DNA from: Calditrichales bacterium
GTDB taxonomy: Bacteria > Calditrichota > Calditrichia > Calditrichales > J004
Direction: 5' to 3'
Assembly (NCBI GenBank): GCA_965267575.1
Contig: OZ254086.1
Coordinates: 704,001 to 768,000, forward strand
Length of the DNA stretch: 64,000 nt
The notes below the pieces were generated by a model, which was not told the DNA's origin, made no database searches, and was given only the letters and a program-made list of their open reading frames with translations. Positions 9,277 through 19,874 of the stretch are shown one piece after another. Position numbers and translations under genes: made by a program. Each line of letters starts with the position of its first letter. The first letter of the stretch is position 1.

Positions 9277-12200
9277 ATGCGTCGCTTTGCCTGCGTTGTA
9301 TTTTTTATCGCTCTTATGGCTGCATCCGCCGTGGCCCGGCAGAATTACTATTACTATGACAACCGCCCGGTTAACCTCAACCTGGTCGATGACCAGATCA
9401 GTGTGCGCTTTGACCAGGCGGTGACGGACAGCGAGGCGCGTTCTTTGCTGCGGTCTGTCCTGGGCGCGGAACTGCGCGAGCTGCGATCACTTGCCGGCCC
9501 GGCAACACGACTGGTTGTGCTGCAAAACCGCTCGGGGGAAAGCCGCGTAAGCGACCTGATCAATAATCTACGCCGGTTACCTGCCGTCAAAATGGCCGCG
9601 CCTGTTTTTCAGCGCGGAGGCATCCGCAATATTATTCACGATCGTTTTATTGCCCGTTTTCAACCCGGTCTGGAGCGCGATGCCATTGAAGCAATCGCCA
9701 CGCCGTATAATGTGGATGTTGTAGGCCAACTGGCCAAAGACACCTGGATTTTAAGCGCGCGCAAGCAGAGCGGGCTCGACGGCCTGAGCGGCGCCAACCT
9801 GTTCCATGAGTTGAGCGAAACCGTTTGGGCCAGCCCCGATTTCCTCTACGTGGACGGCGAGATCATGAACAGCAACGACACCTACTATGACCAGCAATGG
9901 GCGCTTAATAATGCGGGCCAGGAAGTTCCATCAGCCGCATCGGAAGGATTTCCGTCCACGGTTAAAGGCTTTGCCGGCGCGGACACGGATGCCGAACGGG
10001 CCTGGGAATTTGTGCGCACGCAGGGAACGGACCCGGGCGCGGGGATAATCGTCGGCGTGCTGGACAGCGGGATTGACCTGGACCACCCCGACCTCAGCGC
10101 CAACATCGTGGACCCGGGCAGGGATTTTACCTACGAGCAGAATGAAAACGGCAACGACTCCCACGGTCATGGTACGGCCGTCGCCGGAATTATCGCCGCC
10201 CAAACGGACAACGGCATCGGTGTGGCCGGTCTGGCTTACAAGGCAGGCCTGCTGCCGGCAAAGATGATGACCCGCGAAGGCGCCAGCAGCAGCGAAGATA
10301 TCGCTGAAGCCATTGATTACGCCTGGCAGTTCGGCTGCGATATTCTCTCCAACAGCTGGAGCAGCGACACACCCGACGAAGTGGTGGCCGATGCGATTCG
10401 CCGCGCCTATACCCAGGGCCGCGACGGGAAAGGCTGCCTGATCGTTTTTTCCAGCGGCAACAAGGGCCACGGCATTGTGGACTGGCCCGGCGCGATGGAG
10501 GAAGTGGTTTCAGTGAGCGCCAGCAACATGTTCGATGAAAAGAAAAACCAGGGCAGCCGCGACAATAACCGTAAATGGGGCGGTAACTACGGCGATAACC
10601 TGGACCTGGTTGCGCCGACCGCCGTTTACACCACGGACATCACCGGTAAAGACGGTTTTGAAGAGGGCGATTACAATCCGACATTTGGCGGCACCTCCGC
10701 TTCCTGCCCCCATGTTTCCGCGGTAGCGGCGATTGCCCTGTCAGTAAATCCGTCGCTTTCCGCCGGCGACCTGGAACAGGTTTTATTTGAAAGCGCCGAT
10801 CCCATAGAACGCTATCCCTACAACAGCAAAGGCTGGAACCGCCACGTGGGCTTTGGTCGGGTAAATGCTTACAACGCCGCGCGCAGTGCCGCCTCGCAGG
10901 ATGGCAATACGCCCGTGCTCGCTTTTGAGCATCTTCCGACGACCACCAGCATCGACGAGGTTGTGCTGAATGTGGATGCCGCCGATGACAACGGCTTTGC
11001 TGAAATGGAGTTGTTCTTCCGGCCGACATTGGACGGTGAGGAAGGGGCCTGGCAAAATGTAACAGGTAAGCAAGGCGCCAGCGGCTGGGAGTTCAGAATC
11101 CCCGGCCAGCAATGGGGCACGGAAGTGGACTACTACCTGTCGGTTGAAGACGGCGGCGGCAACCGTCTGACCATGCCGGCCAACGGCGAGGGCGAATCAC
11201 CGCCGCCTTTACACTACACCTACTTTGTGGGCGAAACTGAAAAACAGAATTTCAGCGCGCCCGATGTGCCGTTGAGCTGGGATGACTGGGGCATTTTTTA
11301 CACTTCCACCATCTCCGTGGATGACAACGCCACGGTCACCGATGTGGAAGCCACCGTGACCATGAACGGCGCCGTCGACCAGTTTGCGGTAAACCTGGCG
11401 GCGCCTTCGCAAATTGGCGCGGGTATTCTGCAGCTAAACGAGGGTCGTGAATACAGCAACACCACCGTCGATGACGAAGCGACAACCCTGCTCGTCCAGG
11501 GCCAGGCGCCCTACAGCGGCACCTTTCTGCCGGACAACGCCATGTGGACCATGGACGGCGAAAACAGCAACGGCGACTGGACGCTGACCATTTACGACGA
11601 CTATTATTTCAGCAACGGCGGTACGCTCAGCGACTGGACGCTTAGTCTGACCCTGTTGCAAAAAAATCCGGCGCCGGTTGTAAGCGGCATTCCCGGTGAA
11701 ACCATTAACGAAGGCGGCAGCTTTAAGCAAATCTACCTGGGCGAATATGTAAGCGACGAAAACCACAGCTCGTCCGAGATGACCTGGACGTCGAGTGGCA
11801 ACAGCGACCTGGTCGTCACCATAGACGCCGAACACGTTGCCACCATCGAAACGCCGGACGACGATTGGTACGGCAGCGAAACCATCACCTTTACAGCAAC
11901 CGACCCGGGCGGCGCCAGCGGCAGCCAGGCGGTTACCTTTACCGTGAACAACGTCAACGATGCGCCGCAGGTAAGCCAGATTCCAAACCAGACCGTGGAT
12001 GAAGGCACACCCTTCGCCACTATCAAGCTGGATGAATATGTAAGCGACGTGGACAACAGCGACGAGGAGATGCAATGGAGTTACAGCGGCAACAAGGAGT
12101 TGCTGGTTTCGATCAGCCCGGAGCGCGTTGCCACGGTCAGTGTGCCCGATGATGAATGGTCCGGCAGCGAACGCATCACCTTTACAGCCACGGACCCCGG

Positions 12201-15159
12201 CAACCTGGCCGACCAAACCACGGCTACTTTTACCGTTAACCCTGTAAACGATCCGCCCGCGGTGAGCGGCATTGCCGACCAGCAGATAGATGAAGGCGGC
12301 AGCTTTGTCACCATCGCGCTTAACGAGCATGTCAGCGATCCCGACAACGCCGATTCGGAGATTAGCTGGACCTACAGCGGCAACAACGAGCTCAACGTCA
12401 GCATTGATGAAAACAATGTAGCAACGGTCAGCATCCCCGGCGTAAACTGGAATGGCAGTGAAACGATTACCTTTACGGCAACAGACCCCGGCGGGCTTTC
12501 CGACAGTGACGCGGCCACATTCACCGTGAACGCCGTAAATGACGCACCGACAGTCAGCCGTATCGCCGATCAAACCATTGATGAAGGCGGCAGTTTTGCC
12601 ACGATCGATCTGAACAACCATGTAAGCGATGTGGACAACGACGACAGTGAAATGACCTGGGAAGCCGGCGGACAAAAAGAGCTGATCGTGACCATCGACG
12701 CCAATAATATCGCCACCATCGAAACACCAAATGCCGACTGGAACGGCAGCGAAACCATCACCTTTACGGCCACCGATCCCGGCAATCTCAGCGACAGCGA
12801 TGACGCCGTTTTTACGGTTAACAGCATTAACGACGCGCCGCAGGTGAGCGACATTCCCAACCAGGAAATTGACGAAGGTGAAAGTTTTGCTACCATCCCG
12901 CTCAATAATTACGTGGATGATGCGGACCATGACGACAGCGAAATCAGCTGGACTTACAGCGGTAATAGCGACCTTGGAGTAACAATCAACGAAAACAACA
13001 TTGCCACGATTAGCGCCCCGCACGGGGAGTGGGCAGGCAGCGAAGCCATCACCTTTACGGCAACAGACCCCGAAGAGAGCGCCGACAGTGATGCGGCTAC
13101 GTTCACGGTAATCGCCGTTAATGACGCGCCGGTTGTGAGCAACATCCCCAACCAATCCATTGCCGAGGGCGAGAACTTTGCCACGATTGCCCTGGACGGT
13201 TACGTGAGCGACGCCGACCACGGTGATGATCAAATGGAATGGAGCTACAGCGGCAACGAAGAACTGACCGTAACGATCGACGACAATCGCGTGGCGACCA
13301 TAGGCATACCAGACGCCCAATGGAATGGTAGTGAAACGATCACTTTTACGGCGACGGACCCCGGCGGGCTCTCCGACAGTGACGCTGCCGTGTTCAGCGT
13401 GGGCGCCGAAAACGATCCGCCAACGGTGAGCAACATTCCCGGACAAACCATCAATGAAGGTCAAAGCTTTGTCACCATTTCCCTCGATGATTTTGTGGAA
13501 GACCCGGATAATGCCGACAGCGAAATGAGCTGGCAGGCGTCGGGCAATACAGACTTATCTGTAACGATTAACGCCGACCGCGTGGCGACCATCTCCGTGC
13601 CCGACGAAAACTGGAATGGCAGCGAGATGATTATGTTTACGGCCACTGACCCGGGCGGGCTATCCGACAGCGACGACGCCACCTTTACGGTGAACGCGGT
13701 CAATGACGCCCCGGTGGTTAGCGGTATTCCCGATCAGACAATCCTCGAAGGCGGCAGCTTTACCACCATCGCGCTTGATGATTATGTGAGCGATGTGGAC
13801 AACGCCGACAGCGAGATGAGCTGGAAAGCATCGGGCAACACCGATTTGTCCGTAACGATTGACGCCAACCGCGTGGCAACTGTCTCCGTGCCCAACGCTA
13901 ACTGGAATGGCAGCGAAACAATTACTTTTACCGCGAGCGACCCGGGCAAGCTGGAGGATAGTGACAACGCCACCTTTACCGTCAAGAGTGAAAACGATGC
14001 GCCGGTCGTCAGTGACATTCCCGACCAGAATATCACCGAGGGGCAGAGCTTTGCCACCATCCCGCTGGACAATTACGTGAGCGATAACGATGACCCGGAC
14101 AGCGCCATCTCCTGGTTCTTCAGCGGCAACAGCGCTCTGGACGTCAGCATAGACGGCAACCGCGTGGCTACCATAAGCGCACCCAACGCCAACTGGAACG
14201 GCAGCGAGACGATTACTTTTACAGCTGAAGACCCGGGCGGTCTCAGTGACAGCGACGAGGCCACATTCAGCATCAGCGCCGAGAATGACGCTCCCGTGGT
14301 ATCAGCCATTGCCGATCAGACTATCATGGAAGGTGCGGCATTCGCCACGATCAGCCTGGATAACTTTGTGAGTGATGTAGACAACGCCGACAGCGAGATC
14401 ACCTGGACTTTTTATGGCCAAAGCGATTTGCAGGTTGACCTGAACGGGGAGCGCATGGCCACCATCATCATCCCTGATGAAGACTGGTTTGGCAGCGAGA
14501 CCATCACCTTCCGTGCCGCCGATCCTTCCGGCCTTGCCGACAGCAGCACCGCCTTTTTCACGGTTACCCCCGTAAACGACCCGCCGGCGATCGTCGACTT
14601 CCCCGATACGCTGGCTTTTGATAACGACAAGGAACTGGCGTTGGACCTGCAGCCGCTAATGGAAGATGTGGACTCCGGAAGGCTGCTGTGGCATTTTGCC
14701 TTAAGCGACACCGCCGTTAAAGCCCTGTATGATTCATCGCTGCAAAAGCTGACCCTCAGCGCCCCCGGCTTTGACGGTCTGGCTCTCCTCTACAGCAGCC
14801 TGAGCGATGACAGCGGCGCCGTGGCCCATGATACCGCCATCGTTATGGTGGAAGATATTGTTTCAGACATGGAGGGAGACCGGACCGCTGTGCCCACAGC
14901 CTTTAGCCTGGAGCAGAACTATCCCAACCCCTTTAACCCCTCTACGACCATTCGCTACAACTTGCCACGTTCGGCAAAAGTGCTGCTCACACTATACGAC
15001 ATGCGCGGCCGCAAAATCATGGAACTGCAAAACAGCCGCCAACCGGCCGGTAGCCATAAAATTGTGCTTGATGCATCGGGACTATCCAGCGGCGTCTATT
15101 TTTACGTCTTTAAAGCGGAAGGTTTTATGCAGGCCCGGAAACTGGTGCTTTTGAGATAG
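9277..15159 (+). CDS. Large secreted S8 subtilase with P-domain, ten 97-aa cadherin-like (tandem-95-type) repeats plus one divergent copy, and a T9SS-like C-terminal domain
   Basis: Triad motifs 'VLDSGID', 'HGHGTAVAG', 'FGGTSAS'; P-domain 'GENSNGDWTLTIYD'; repeats 'NDAP.VS.I..Q.I.EG..F...WNGSETITFTATDPGG' every 291 nt from 11665; CTD 'QNYPNPFNPST'. ATG 9277 behind GGAG. Confidence 0.92.
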   Translation: MRRFACVVFFIALMAASAVARQNYYYYDNRPVNLNLVDDQISVRFDQAVTDSEARSLLRSVLGAELRELRSLAGPATRLVVLQNRSGESRVSDLINNLRRLPAVKMAAPVFQRGGIRNIIHDRFIARFQPGLERDAIEAIATPYNVDVVGQLAKDTWILSARKQSGLDGLSGANLFHELSETVWASPDFLYVDGEIMNSNDTYYDQQWALNNAGQEVPSAASEGFPSTVKGFAGADTDAERAWEFVRTQGTDPGAGIIVGVLDSGIDLDHPDLSANIVDPGRDFTYEQNENGNDSHGHGTAVAGIIAAQTDNGIGVAGLAYKAGLLPAKMMTREGASSSEDIAEAIDYAWQFGCDILSNSWSSDTPDEVVADAIRRAYTQGRDGKGCLIVFSSGNKGHGIVDWPGAMEEVVSVSASNMFDEKKNQGSRDNNRKWGGNYGDNLDLVAPTAVYTTDITGKDGFEEGDYNPTFGGTSASCPHVSAVAAIALSVNPSLSAGDLEQVLFESADPIERYPYNSKGWNRHVGFGRVNAYNAARSAASQDGNTPVLAFEHLPTTTSIDEVVLNVDAADDNGFAEMELFFRPTLDGEEGAWQNVTGKQGASGWEFRIPGQQWGTEVDYYLSVEDGGGNRLTMPANGEGESPPPLHYTYFVGETEKQNFSAPDVPLSWDDWGIFYTSTISVDDNATVTDVEATVTMNGAVDQFAVNLAAPSQIGAGILQLNEGREYSNTTVDDEATTLLVQGQAPYSGTFLPDNAMWTMDGENSNGDWTLTIYDDYYFSNGGTLSDWTLSLTLLQKNPAPVVSGIPGETINEGGSFKQIYLGEYVSDENHSSSEMTWTSSGNSDLVVTIDAEHVATIETPDDDWYGSETITFTATDPGGASGSQAVTFTVNNVNDAPQVSQIPNQTVDEGTPFATIKLDEYVSDVDNSDEEMQWSYSGNKELLVSISPERVATVSVPDDEWSGSERITFTATDPGNLADQTTATFTVNPVNDPPAVSGIADQQIDEGGSFVTIALNEHVSDPDNADSEISWTYSGNNELNVSIDENNVATVSIPGVNWNGSETITFTATDPGGLSDSDAATFTVNAVNDAPTVSRIADQTIDEGGSFATIDLNNHVSDVDNDDSEMTWEAGGQKELIVTIDANNIATIETPNADWNGSETITFTATDPGNLSDSDDAVFTVNSINDAPQVSDIPNQEIDEGESFATIPLNNYVDDADHDDSEISWTYSGNSDLGVTINENNIATISAPHGEWAGSEAITFTATDPEESADSDAATFTVIAVNDAPVVSNIPNQSIAEGENFATIALDGYVSDADHGDDQMEWSYSGNEELTVTIDDNRVATIGIPDAQWNGSETITFTATDPGGLSDSDAAVFSVGAENDPPTVSNIPGQTINEGQSFVTISLDDFVEDPDNADSEMSWQASGNTDLSVTINADRVATISVPDENWNGSEMIMFTATDPGGLSDSDDATFTVNAVNDAPVVSGIPDQTILEGGSFTTIALDDYVSDVDNADSEMSWKASGNTDLSVTIDANRVATVSVPNANWNGSETITFTASDPGKLEDSDNATFTVKSENDAPVVSDIPDQNITEGQSFATIPLDNYVSDNDDPDSAISWFFSGNSALDVSIDGNRVATISAPNANWNGSETITFTAEDPGGLSDSDEATFSISAENDAPVVSAIADQTIMEGAAFATISLDNFVSDVDNADSEITWTFYGQSDLQVDLNGERMATIIIPDEDWFGSETITFRAADPSGLADSSTAFFTVTPVNDPPAIVDFPDTLAFDNDKELALDLQPLMEDVDSGRLLWHFALSDTAVKALYDSSLQKLTLSAPGFDGLALLYSSLSDDSGAVAHDTAIVMVEDIVSDMEGDRTAVPTAFSLEQNYPNPFNPSTTIRYNLPRSAKVLLTLYDMRGRKIMELQNSRQPAGSHKIVLDASGLSSGVYFYVFKAEGFMQARKLVLLR
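11665..14574 (+). repeat. Intragenic array of ten 291-bp repeat units
   Basis: Unit starts at 11665, 11956, 12247, 12538 and so on. An 11th divergent unit begins at 14575. Confidence 0.92.
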
Positions 15160-15166
15160 CCGTTCT

Positions 15167-15214
15167 AGTCAGGAGGTCATAAAGTCCGGAAGTCTTGGAG
15201 TCAGGAAGTCAAGA
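15167..15214. repeat. Degenerate 8-bp periodic repeat RGTCnnRR x6
   Basis: AGTCAGGA GGTCATAA AGTCCGGA AGTCTTGG AGTCAGGA AGTCAAGA. Confidence 0.7.
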
Positions 15215-15234
15215 TCCTGCAAATGGCTCATACA

Positions 15235-15280
15235 AAGCCCCTTCTTTTAAATGGAAGGGGTTTTTATTTTTTTTTTTTTT
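15235..15280 (+). terminator. Intrinsic terminator after the subtilase
   Basis: GCCCCTTC...GAAGGGGT stem plus a long T tract. Confidence 0.8.
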
Positions 15281-15422
15281 AAACACACGTTTTACAAACC
15301 GAAGCGCACCCTTTCTAAAACAGCGATACTTATAACGTAAAAATTTACGCTTGATTTTATCCACAACAAAACCTAAGCTTTCGTATTAGCGACTGATTCT
15401 CTCACATGACCGCGGAGGAGCC

Positions 15423-16769
15423 ATGCGTGAAACAAAACTTATTCTTCTTATCATAATTTTCTTTTCAACAGCTTGTACCGATTCGGACGGCACTATTAAG
15501 GTGATATTGGAGACATCTCCCGAATTTGGGCCTTTTGGTGTTTCGCAGGGGGTTACGGGTCCAATACAATGGAATGTTAAGGCAGAGGGTATCCCGGAAA
15601 ACATCAAAGAGTACGTTTTCAGAAGCAGGTCTATGCAACCTGTTCAAAGCGCATGGTACAAATACAAGAACGGTGAATTGAATAAAGAGCAGCTTTTATG
15701 GGTATTAAAACGTTGGAAGGGTGATACGACAAAATTATCCAATGAATATATTGATGACGAAATACTGTTTGTCATTGGTACGAACGATAAGGACCAAAGG
15801 ACTATAATAGTTGACGCAAACAATAATGAAGATTTTAGCGATGACTCTGTGCTGGTATATGAATATCCGCTGGACATCCCTACTCAGCTTGGCATAAAGG
15901 ATTCGGCTTTGCCTGTAATAGTTGCTCAATATGAAATATACAATGGTGAAAAACCGGAAACACGTCAGGTAGCCGTTCGGCCAACGCCCTATTTGGGAAA
16001 TCTTAAAATCAATTACTCCATTAAAGATGAAATTGAAAACAAATATCATCTGTTGGTTCGCTTCCCCCAACATCACCGGGGAAAAGCCTGGCTGAATAAT
16101 ATGGAATATGATATATATCTTAGTAGCGTCCACAATCCCAGGCCCAGAGTAATCATTAGTGCATCCGGCGATTCCCTTGTCTCTGAAAATGAAGGCGCGA
16201 TTCCTTACCTGGCCGGTGATGTTTTTAATGCGGACGGTGTGGACTATTTAATAGATTCAATCGATGCAAACCACGAATGGTTAACACTAAAATACCTGGG
16301 AGAAAACGATAGAGCCGTGGGAGTCAGCGAGGGATTTTATATGCCTGAATTCCAGGCCGTTGATCTCGACAGCCAGGCCTTCAGCCTGAAAGATCATCCC
16401 GGCAAATTTATTCTTTTAGACTTTTGGGGTACCTGGTGCGGACCGTGTATCGCACTTATACCGGAGCTAAAAAAGATTGACGATGCATTCGAAAACGATG
16501 CCTTTGAAATGGTAAGCGTCGCATATGATGCGGATGTCGAAAAAGTCCGGGAGTTTACTATAAAGGAAAATATGGATTGGATACATTTATTTGTTGATAG
16601 AAAAGAAAACGACCCCAATTCCCTCATAAATAAACTGAAAATCACGGCATATCCAACAACAGTTTTAATTAGTCCCGATGGAAAAATACTGGCCCGCGAT
16701 AAAGAACCGGACGAACTGATTGATATTATTAGGGAAAATTTGGCAGGGATGAAAAAGCAGGCAGGCTGA
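15423..16769 (+). CDS. TlpA/redoxin-family thiol-disulfide oxidoreductase lipoprotein
   Basis: Lipobox 'FSTAC'; 'LLDFWGTWCGPC', 'ITAYPTTVLISPDGKI'. Visibly AT-richer than its neighbours. Confidence 0.88.
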   Translation: MRETKLILLIIIFFSTACTDSDGTIKVILETSPEFGPFGVSQGVTGPIQWNVKAEGIPENIKEYVFRSRSMQPVQSAWYKYKNGELNKEQLLWVLKRWKGDTTKLSNEYIDDEILFVIGTNDKDQRTIIVDANNNEDFSDDSVLVYEYPLDIPTQLGIKDSALPVIVAQYEIYNGEKPETRQVAVRPTPYLGNLKINYSIKDEIENKYHLLVRFPQHHRGKAWLNNMEYDIYLSSVHNPRPRVIISASGDSLVSENEGAIPYLAGDVFNADGVDYLIDSIDANHEWLTLKYLGENDRAVGVSEGFYMPEFQAVDLDSQAFSLKDHPGKFILLDFWGTWCGPCIALIPELKKIDDAFENDAFEMVSVAYDADVEKVREFTIKENMDWIHLFVDRKENDPNSLINKLKITAYPTTVLISPDGKILARDKEPDELIDIIRENLAGMKKQAG

Positions 16770-16784
16770 TTTTCAAAATCAGTT

Positions 16785-16819
16785 TAATTCGTAATTTCTA
16801 ATTCCCAATTCTTAATTAT
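16785..16819. repeat. Degenerate 7-bp periodic repeat YAATTnn x5
   Basis: TAATTCG TAATTTC TAATTCC CAATTCT TAATTAT, between convergent genes. Confidence 0.7.
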
Positions 16820-16824
16820 TCAAG

Positions 16825-17223
16825 CTATTCCCAAAAGTAGCCGCACTCGCGGCAGTGCCAGTTGGCGTTGTCAAAATCACTGTGACCGCGCTGCTGGGCC
16901 AGGAAGCGTTTAAGCTGCTGCCACCAGGTGCGTTTGTAGCGTTCGATGCGGTTGGAAAAACAGACGGGGCAATGATCGGGTTGAACAAGATAGGCCGGCG
17001 CGTCGATCTCCAACACTTCCAGGGCATCGTTCACATAATTATGCGGCACCTGCAGTTGCATACCGCCCACCATCGTCGGCCCGTAAATATTGGCCATGTT
17101 TTCATCTTTCAGAAAGGCGGGAATCTTTTCGCCGTCCAGCTTGGACTTGGCAATCTGCGCGTCCACAGGGTTGATATAAGTGGCGATGGTAACAAGATGT
17201 TTAAATCGGCCGGCATCATTCAT
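16825..17223 (-). CDS. DUF2007-like (putative signal transducing) protein with C-terminal Zn ribbon
   Basis: 'AQIAKSKLDGEKIPAFLKDE...GGMQLQV'; 'CPVC' and 'CRECG'. Confidence 0.8.
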   Translation of the reverse strand: MNDAGRFKHLVTIATYINPVDAQIAKSKLDGEKIPAFLKDENMANIYGPTMVGGMQLQVPHNYVNDALEVLEIDAPAYLVQPDHCPVCFSNRIERYKRTWWQQLKRFLAQQRGHSDFDNANWHCRECGYFWE

Positions 17224-18217
17224 GATGGTGTTTCCTGTAGTGTTCCCTCAAATCGTCACGCCCGAAATCATTTTTCGGGTCGCGCCAGACGCTGTGGATG
17301 TGATTGGCGTTGTTTTGGGTGTTGTCATATTCGATCAGCAGGCGCGGGCCGTGAATACGGTAATAATGTTTTTCACCCGGCGCAAGCCCACCCGCCCAGG
17401 CAAAATAAATATTCTGCCAGCCGCTGCTATGCAGGCCCTCTTTAGCCCGCGCGGCGATCGTTTCATTCATGGCGTTAAAATAGACGTGCACAAGACGCTT
17501 TAACATCTCCTGCTGCGATTCGTTCATCGCGTTAAAAGGCAAACCTTCAAACGCATCCAGGTCAACGGTTTCATCATTGCCGGTCAGGATATCGGCCGGC
17601 GCGCTTTTACGTATCCAGGCGGCCTTCTTTTGGGCTTCATTCAGCGATTGCATCAACGCCCGGGCCAGGTCTTCTTCCTGTTTCAGCACACGCTTGCCTT
17701 TGTCCGGGCCCAGCGCGATGCGTGCCGGATTGGCGCCCCAGAATGAGGGAGTAGATGAAATCAGACCGATGACGCTGGTAAAATTGAGCGAGAGGTGATG
17801 GCCTTCCACACGCCAGCCCCACAGTTCATCTTTTTGAGGATCGCCAAAAACGGCGAAGTAATATCTTTCGGGGTCACGCCAGCTGCCGCCGCCCATCTGC
17901 CGCAAAACAGTTTCCAGGTCAATCACGTCCTGCGCCTTTTGAAAACCTGAATCGCTGAGGGCACTACGCATTAAGGTAAACGCCGCTTCCCGTTGCGCCG
18001 GATTCATCTCCTTCAACGGCAGACCTTCGCGCCCGCCTGGAAAATAGCTCCAGTCATAACGATCGGAATCATCAAACGACAAGCGTGCATCATCGCGCCG
18101 GTCACCCTCAAGGTTTTCAATAAAAGTGCGTGCCGCATCGCGCATGGCCTCATCGGGTAATGACTGGTAAGCCGGCAATAAGGCAATCGCTAAAAAAACG
18201 GCAAACACAAAACGCAT
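17216..18217 (-). CDS. DUF3500-domain secreted protein
   Basis: Signal peptide; 'WGWRVEGHHLSLNF', 'TPSFWGANP', 'YYRIHGP..LIEYDNTQNNANHIHSVWRD..NDFG'. The start overlaps the upstream stop (TAATG). Confidence 0.85.
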   Translation of the reverse strand: MRFVFAVFLAIALLPAYQSLPDEAMRDAARTFIENLEGDRRDDARLSFDDSDRYDWSYFPGGREGLPLKEMNPAQREAAFTLMRSALSDSGFQKAQDVIDLETVLRQMGGGSWRDPERYYFAVFGDPQKDELWGWRVEGHHLSLNFTSVIGLISSTPSFWGANPARIALGPDKGKRVLKQEEDLARALMQSLNEAQKKAAWIRKSAPADILTGNDETVDLDAFEGLPFNAMNESQQEMLKRLVHVYFNAMNETIAARAKEGLHSSGWQNIYFAWAGGLAPGEKHYYRIHGPRLLIEYDNTQNNANHIHSVWRDPKNDFGRDDLREHYRKHHHE

Positions 18218-18909
18218 TATACACCCCACTTTTTGCGGAATTTTTGCGAGGCCTGCTTCAAAATCGGATTACCATGCCCGAAACAGGCCACATCAAAGGA
18301 TAAGGCCGACAGACGCGTGAGACTTTGTTCGCCCATGCGGAAATCTTCGTAGGCTACGCTGTAACCCAGGCCAAACACGTGGGCGCAGGCATCGGCGGTA
18401 AGCAGCACTTTGTCCTGCTCCTCCCACAAAAAAGCGCAATGCCCCTCGCTGTGTCCGGGGGTATGCAGTACCCTCAGCTTTAGCGGCAACCCGGCGACAA
18501 ACTGCCCGTCGCGCAGATCTGTATCCGTTTGGCAAGCTTCCACGGTTTCCGGTATGTCCGCTATAAATTTGCGGAACAGCATGCCGGCCACCGGTCCCGG
18601 CGCGGGATAAAGCGTGCGCAACGCCAAACCCTTTTGCACCATGCGCGCATCCAGCGGATGCATGTGGACTTTTGCCCCGCTTAACCTTTTAATGGCGGCC
18701 AGACCGCCGCTGTGGTCCGGGTGGCAATGGCTCACAACAATATGGCCCAGGTCCTCCCAGCTTTTTCCGAAGGCCAGCAGCGCGCTTTCCACAATAGTTT
18801 CAGCCCCGGCAGAACCGCCATCCAGTAAAACAAGCGGTTCCGTGTTAAACAGAAACATATTTACCCAGCGGGCATCCAGCTGGTATAAACCCGGTACAAC
18901 CTCTCTCAT
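18217..18909 (-). CDS. MBL-fold metallo-hydrolase
   Basis: 'SHCHPDHSGG', 'HTPGHSEGH', 'TADA', 'FGHG'. Start placed at ATG 18909. Confidence 0.9.
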   Translation of the reverse strand: MREVVPGLYQLDARWVNMFLFNTEPLVLLDGGSAGAETIVESALLAFGKSWEDLGHIVVSHCHPDHSGGLAAIKRLSGAKVHMHPLDARMVQKGLALRTLYPAPGPVAGMLFRKFIADIPETVEACQTDTDLRDGQFVAGLPLKLRVLHTPGHSEGHCAFLWEEQDKVLLTADACAHVFGLGYSVAYEDFRMGEQSLTRLSALSFDVACFGHGNPILKQASQKFRKKWGV

Positions 18910-18974
18910 ATTTTTTCCTTGATGTGTGGCGCCAAAAATAAGCGGTACCGGCCTATTTGGCAAAGAGTTCAGGT

Positions 18975-19092
18975 ATCGTCCCGGTCTCCGCGCGGGATCT
19001 CCTGCTTATATCAAAGGATCCCGGTGTGGCAAAAACACCAACCGGGATGTCAAAAGCTGTATGTCATCCCGGCCTAGGCGCGGGGATCTCTC
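18975..19092. repeat. Cluster of three REP-like hairpins (BIME-like)
   Basis: ATCGTCCCGG..GGGATCTCC; GGATCCCGGT..ACCGGGATGTCA; TGTCATCCCGG..GGGGATCTC, in alternating orientation. Confidence 0.65.
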
Positions 19093-19195
19093 CCCGCTTG
19101 CGCCCGGATTTACTCAACGTGACTTTTTATTTTTACAATAGCAAAAAAAGTGCTACTTTTTCGATTGACTAAATCATGATTGATGGAGGTCTGAC

Positions 19196-19858
19196 ATGTT
19201 CATTGGTCACTACGCCGTGGGTTTTGCGGCGCGCCCGCTTACCAAAAAACTGTCGCTTGGCTGGCTTTTTTTCGCTGTGCAATGGGCCGATCTGCTCTGG
19301 CCGTTCCTGGTCTTTTTCGGCATTGAGCGCTTTGTTATCGATCCCGGAAATACAGCCGTAACTCCACTGAATTTTGAGCACTATCCCTGGTCGCACAGCC
19401 TGCTGATGAGCCTCATCTGGGCGCTGGTCTTTGCCGGGATCGTTTACCTGGTTACAAAACAGAAGCGCGATACGCTTATAGGCGGGATTGCCGTTTTCAG
19501 CCACTGGTTCCTGGATTGGCTGACGCACCGCCCCGACCTGCCCATCGCCCCCGGCGTCGAGAGCTTCATGGGGCTCGGCCTGTGGAACATCTTTGCTGCA
19601 GCCGTTATCCTGGAAATCTTCCTTTATGGCGGGGCGATTTACTATTACCTGAAACATACGCAAGCGCGCAACAAAACCGGAACCTGGGCTTTCTGGGGAC
19701 TCGCTCTCGTTCTGTTTTTTATTTATATAGCCAATATTTTCGGTCCGCCACCGCCATCCGTGGAGATGGTAAATATTTCCACATTCGGATTGTGGCTGTT
19801 TGTGGCCTGGGCATTTTGGGTAGACCGAAATCGCGTGGCGCGAATAAAGCACACATAA
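19196..19858 (+). CDS. Membrane-bound metal-dependent hydrolase (YdjM-like)
   Basis: 'MFIGHY', 'YPWSHSL', 'SHWFLDWLTHRPDLP', multiple TM segments. Confidence 0.8.
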   Translation: MFIGHYAVGFAARPLTKKLSLGWLFFAVQWADLLWPFLVFFGIERFVIDPGNTAVTPLNFEHYPWSHSLLMSLIWALVFAGIVYLVTKQKRDTLIGGIAVFSHWFLDWLTHRPDLPIAPGVESFMGLGLWNIFAAAVILEIFLYGGAIYYYLKHTQARNKTGTWAFWGLALVLFFIYIANIFGPPPPSVEMVNISTFGLWLFVAWAFWVDRNRVARIKHT

Positions 19859-19874
19859 ACAACGGGGCTGCCAG

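Noticed and set aside
11434-13464. 676-aa antisense ORF and other long antisense ORFs (for example 1925-2788, 46143-47081, 53152-54099)
   Set aside because: Shadows of strongly biased coding genes on the opposite strand; no recognisable motifs.
11665-14574. Possible DGR template/variable repeat pair or CRISPR-like array
   Set aside because: In-frame protein domain repeats with differences at all bases rather than adenine-specific ones; no reverse transcriptase in the window.
15423-16769. AT-rich TlpA gene (and DUF3667 gene at 57481-58386) as a mobile island
   Set aside because: Composition is atypical, but no integrase, transposase, terminal repeats or tRNA target is visible; at most an older single-gene acquisition.
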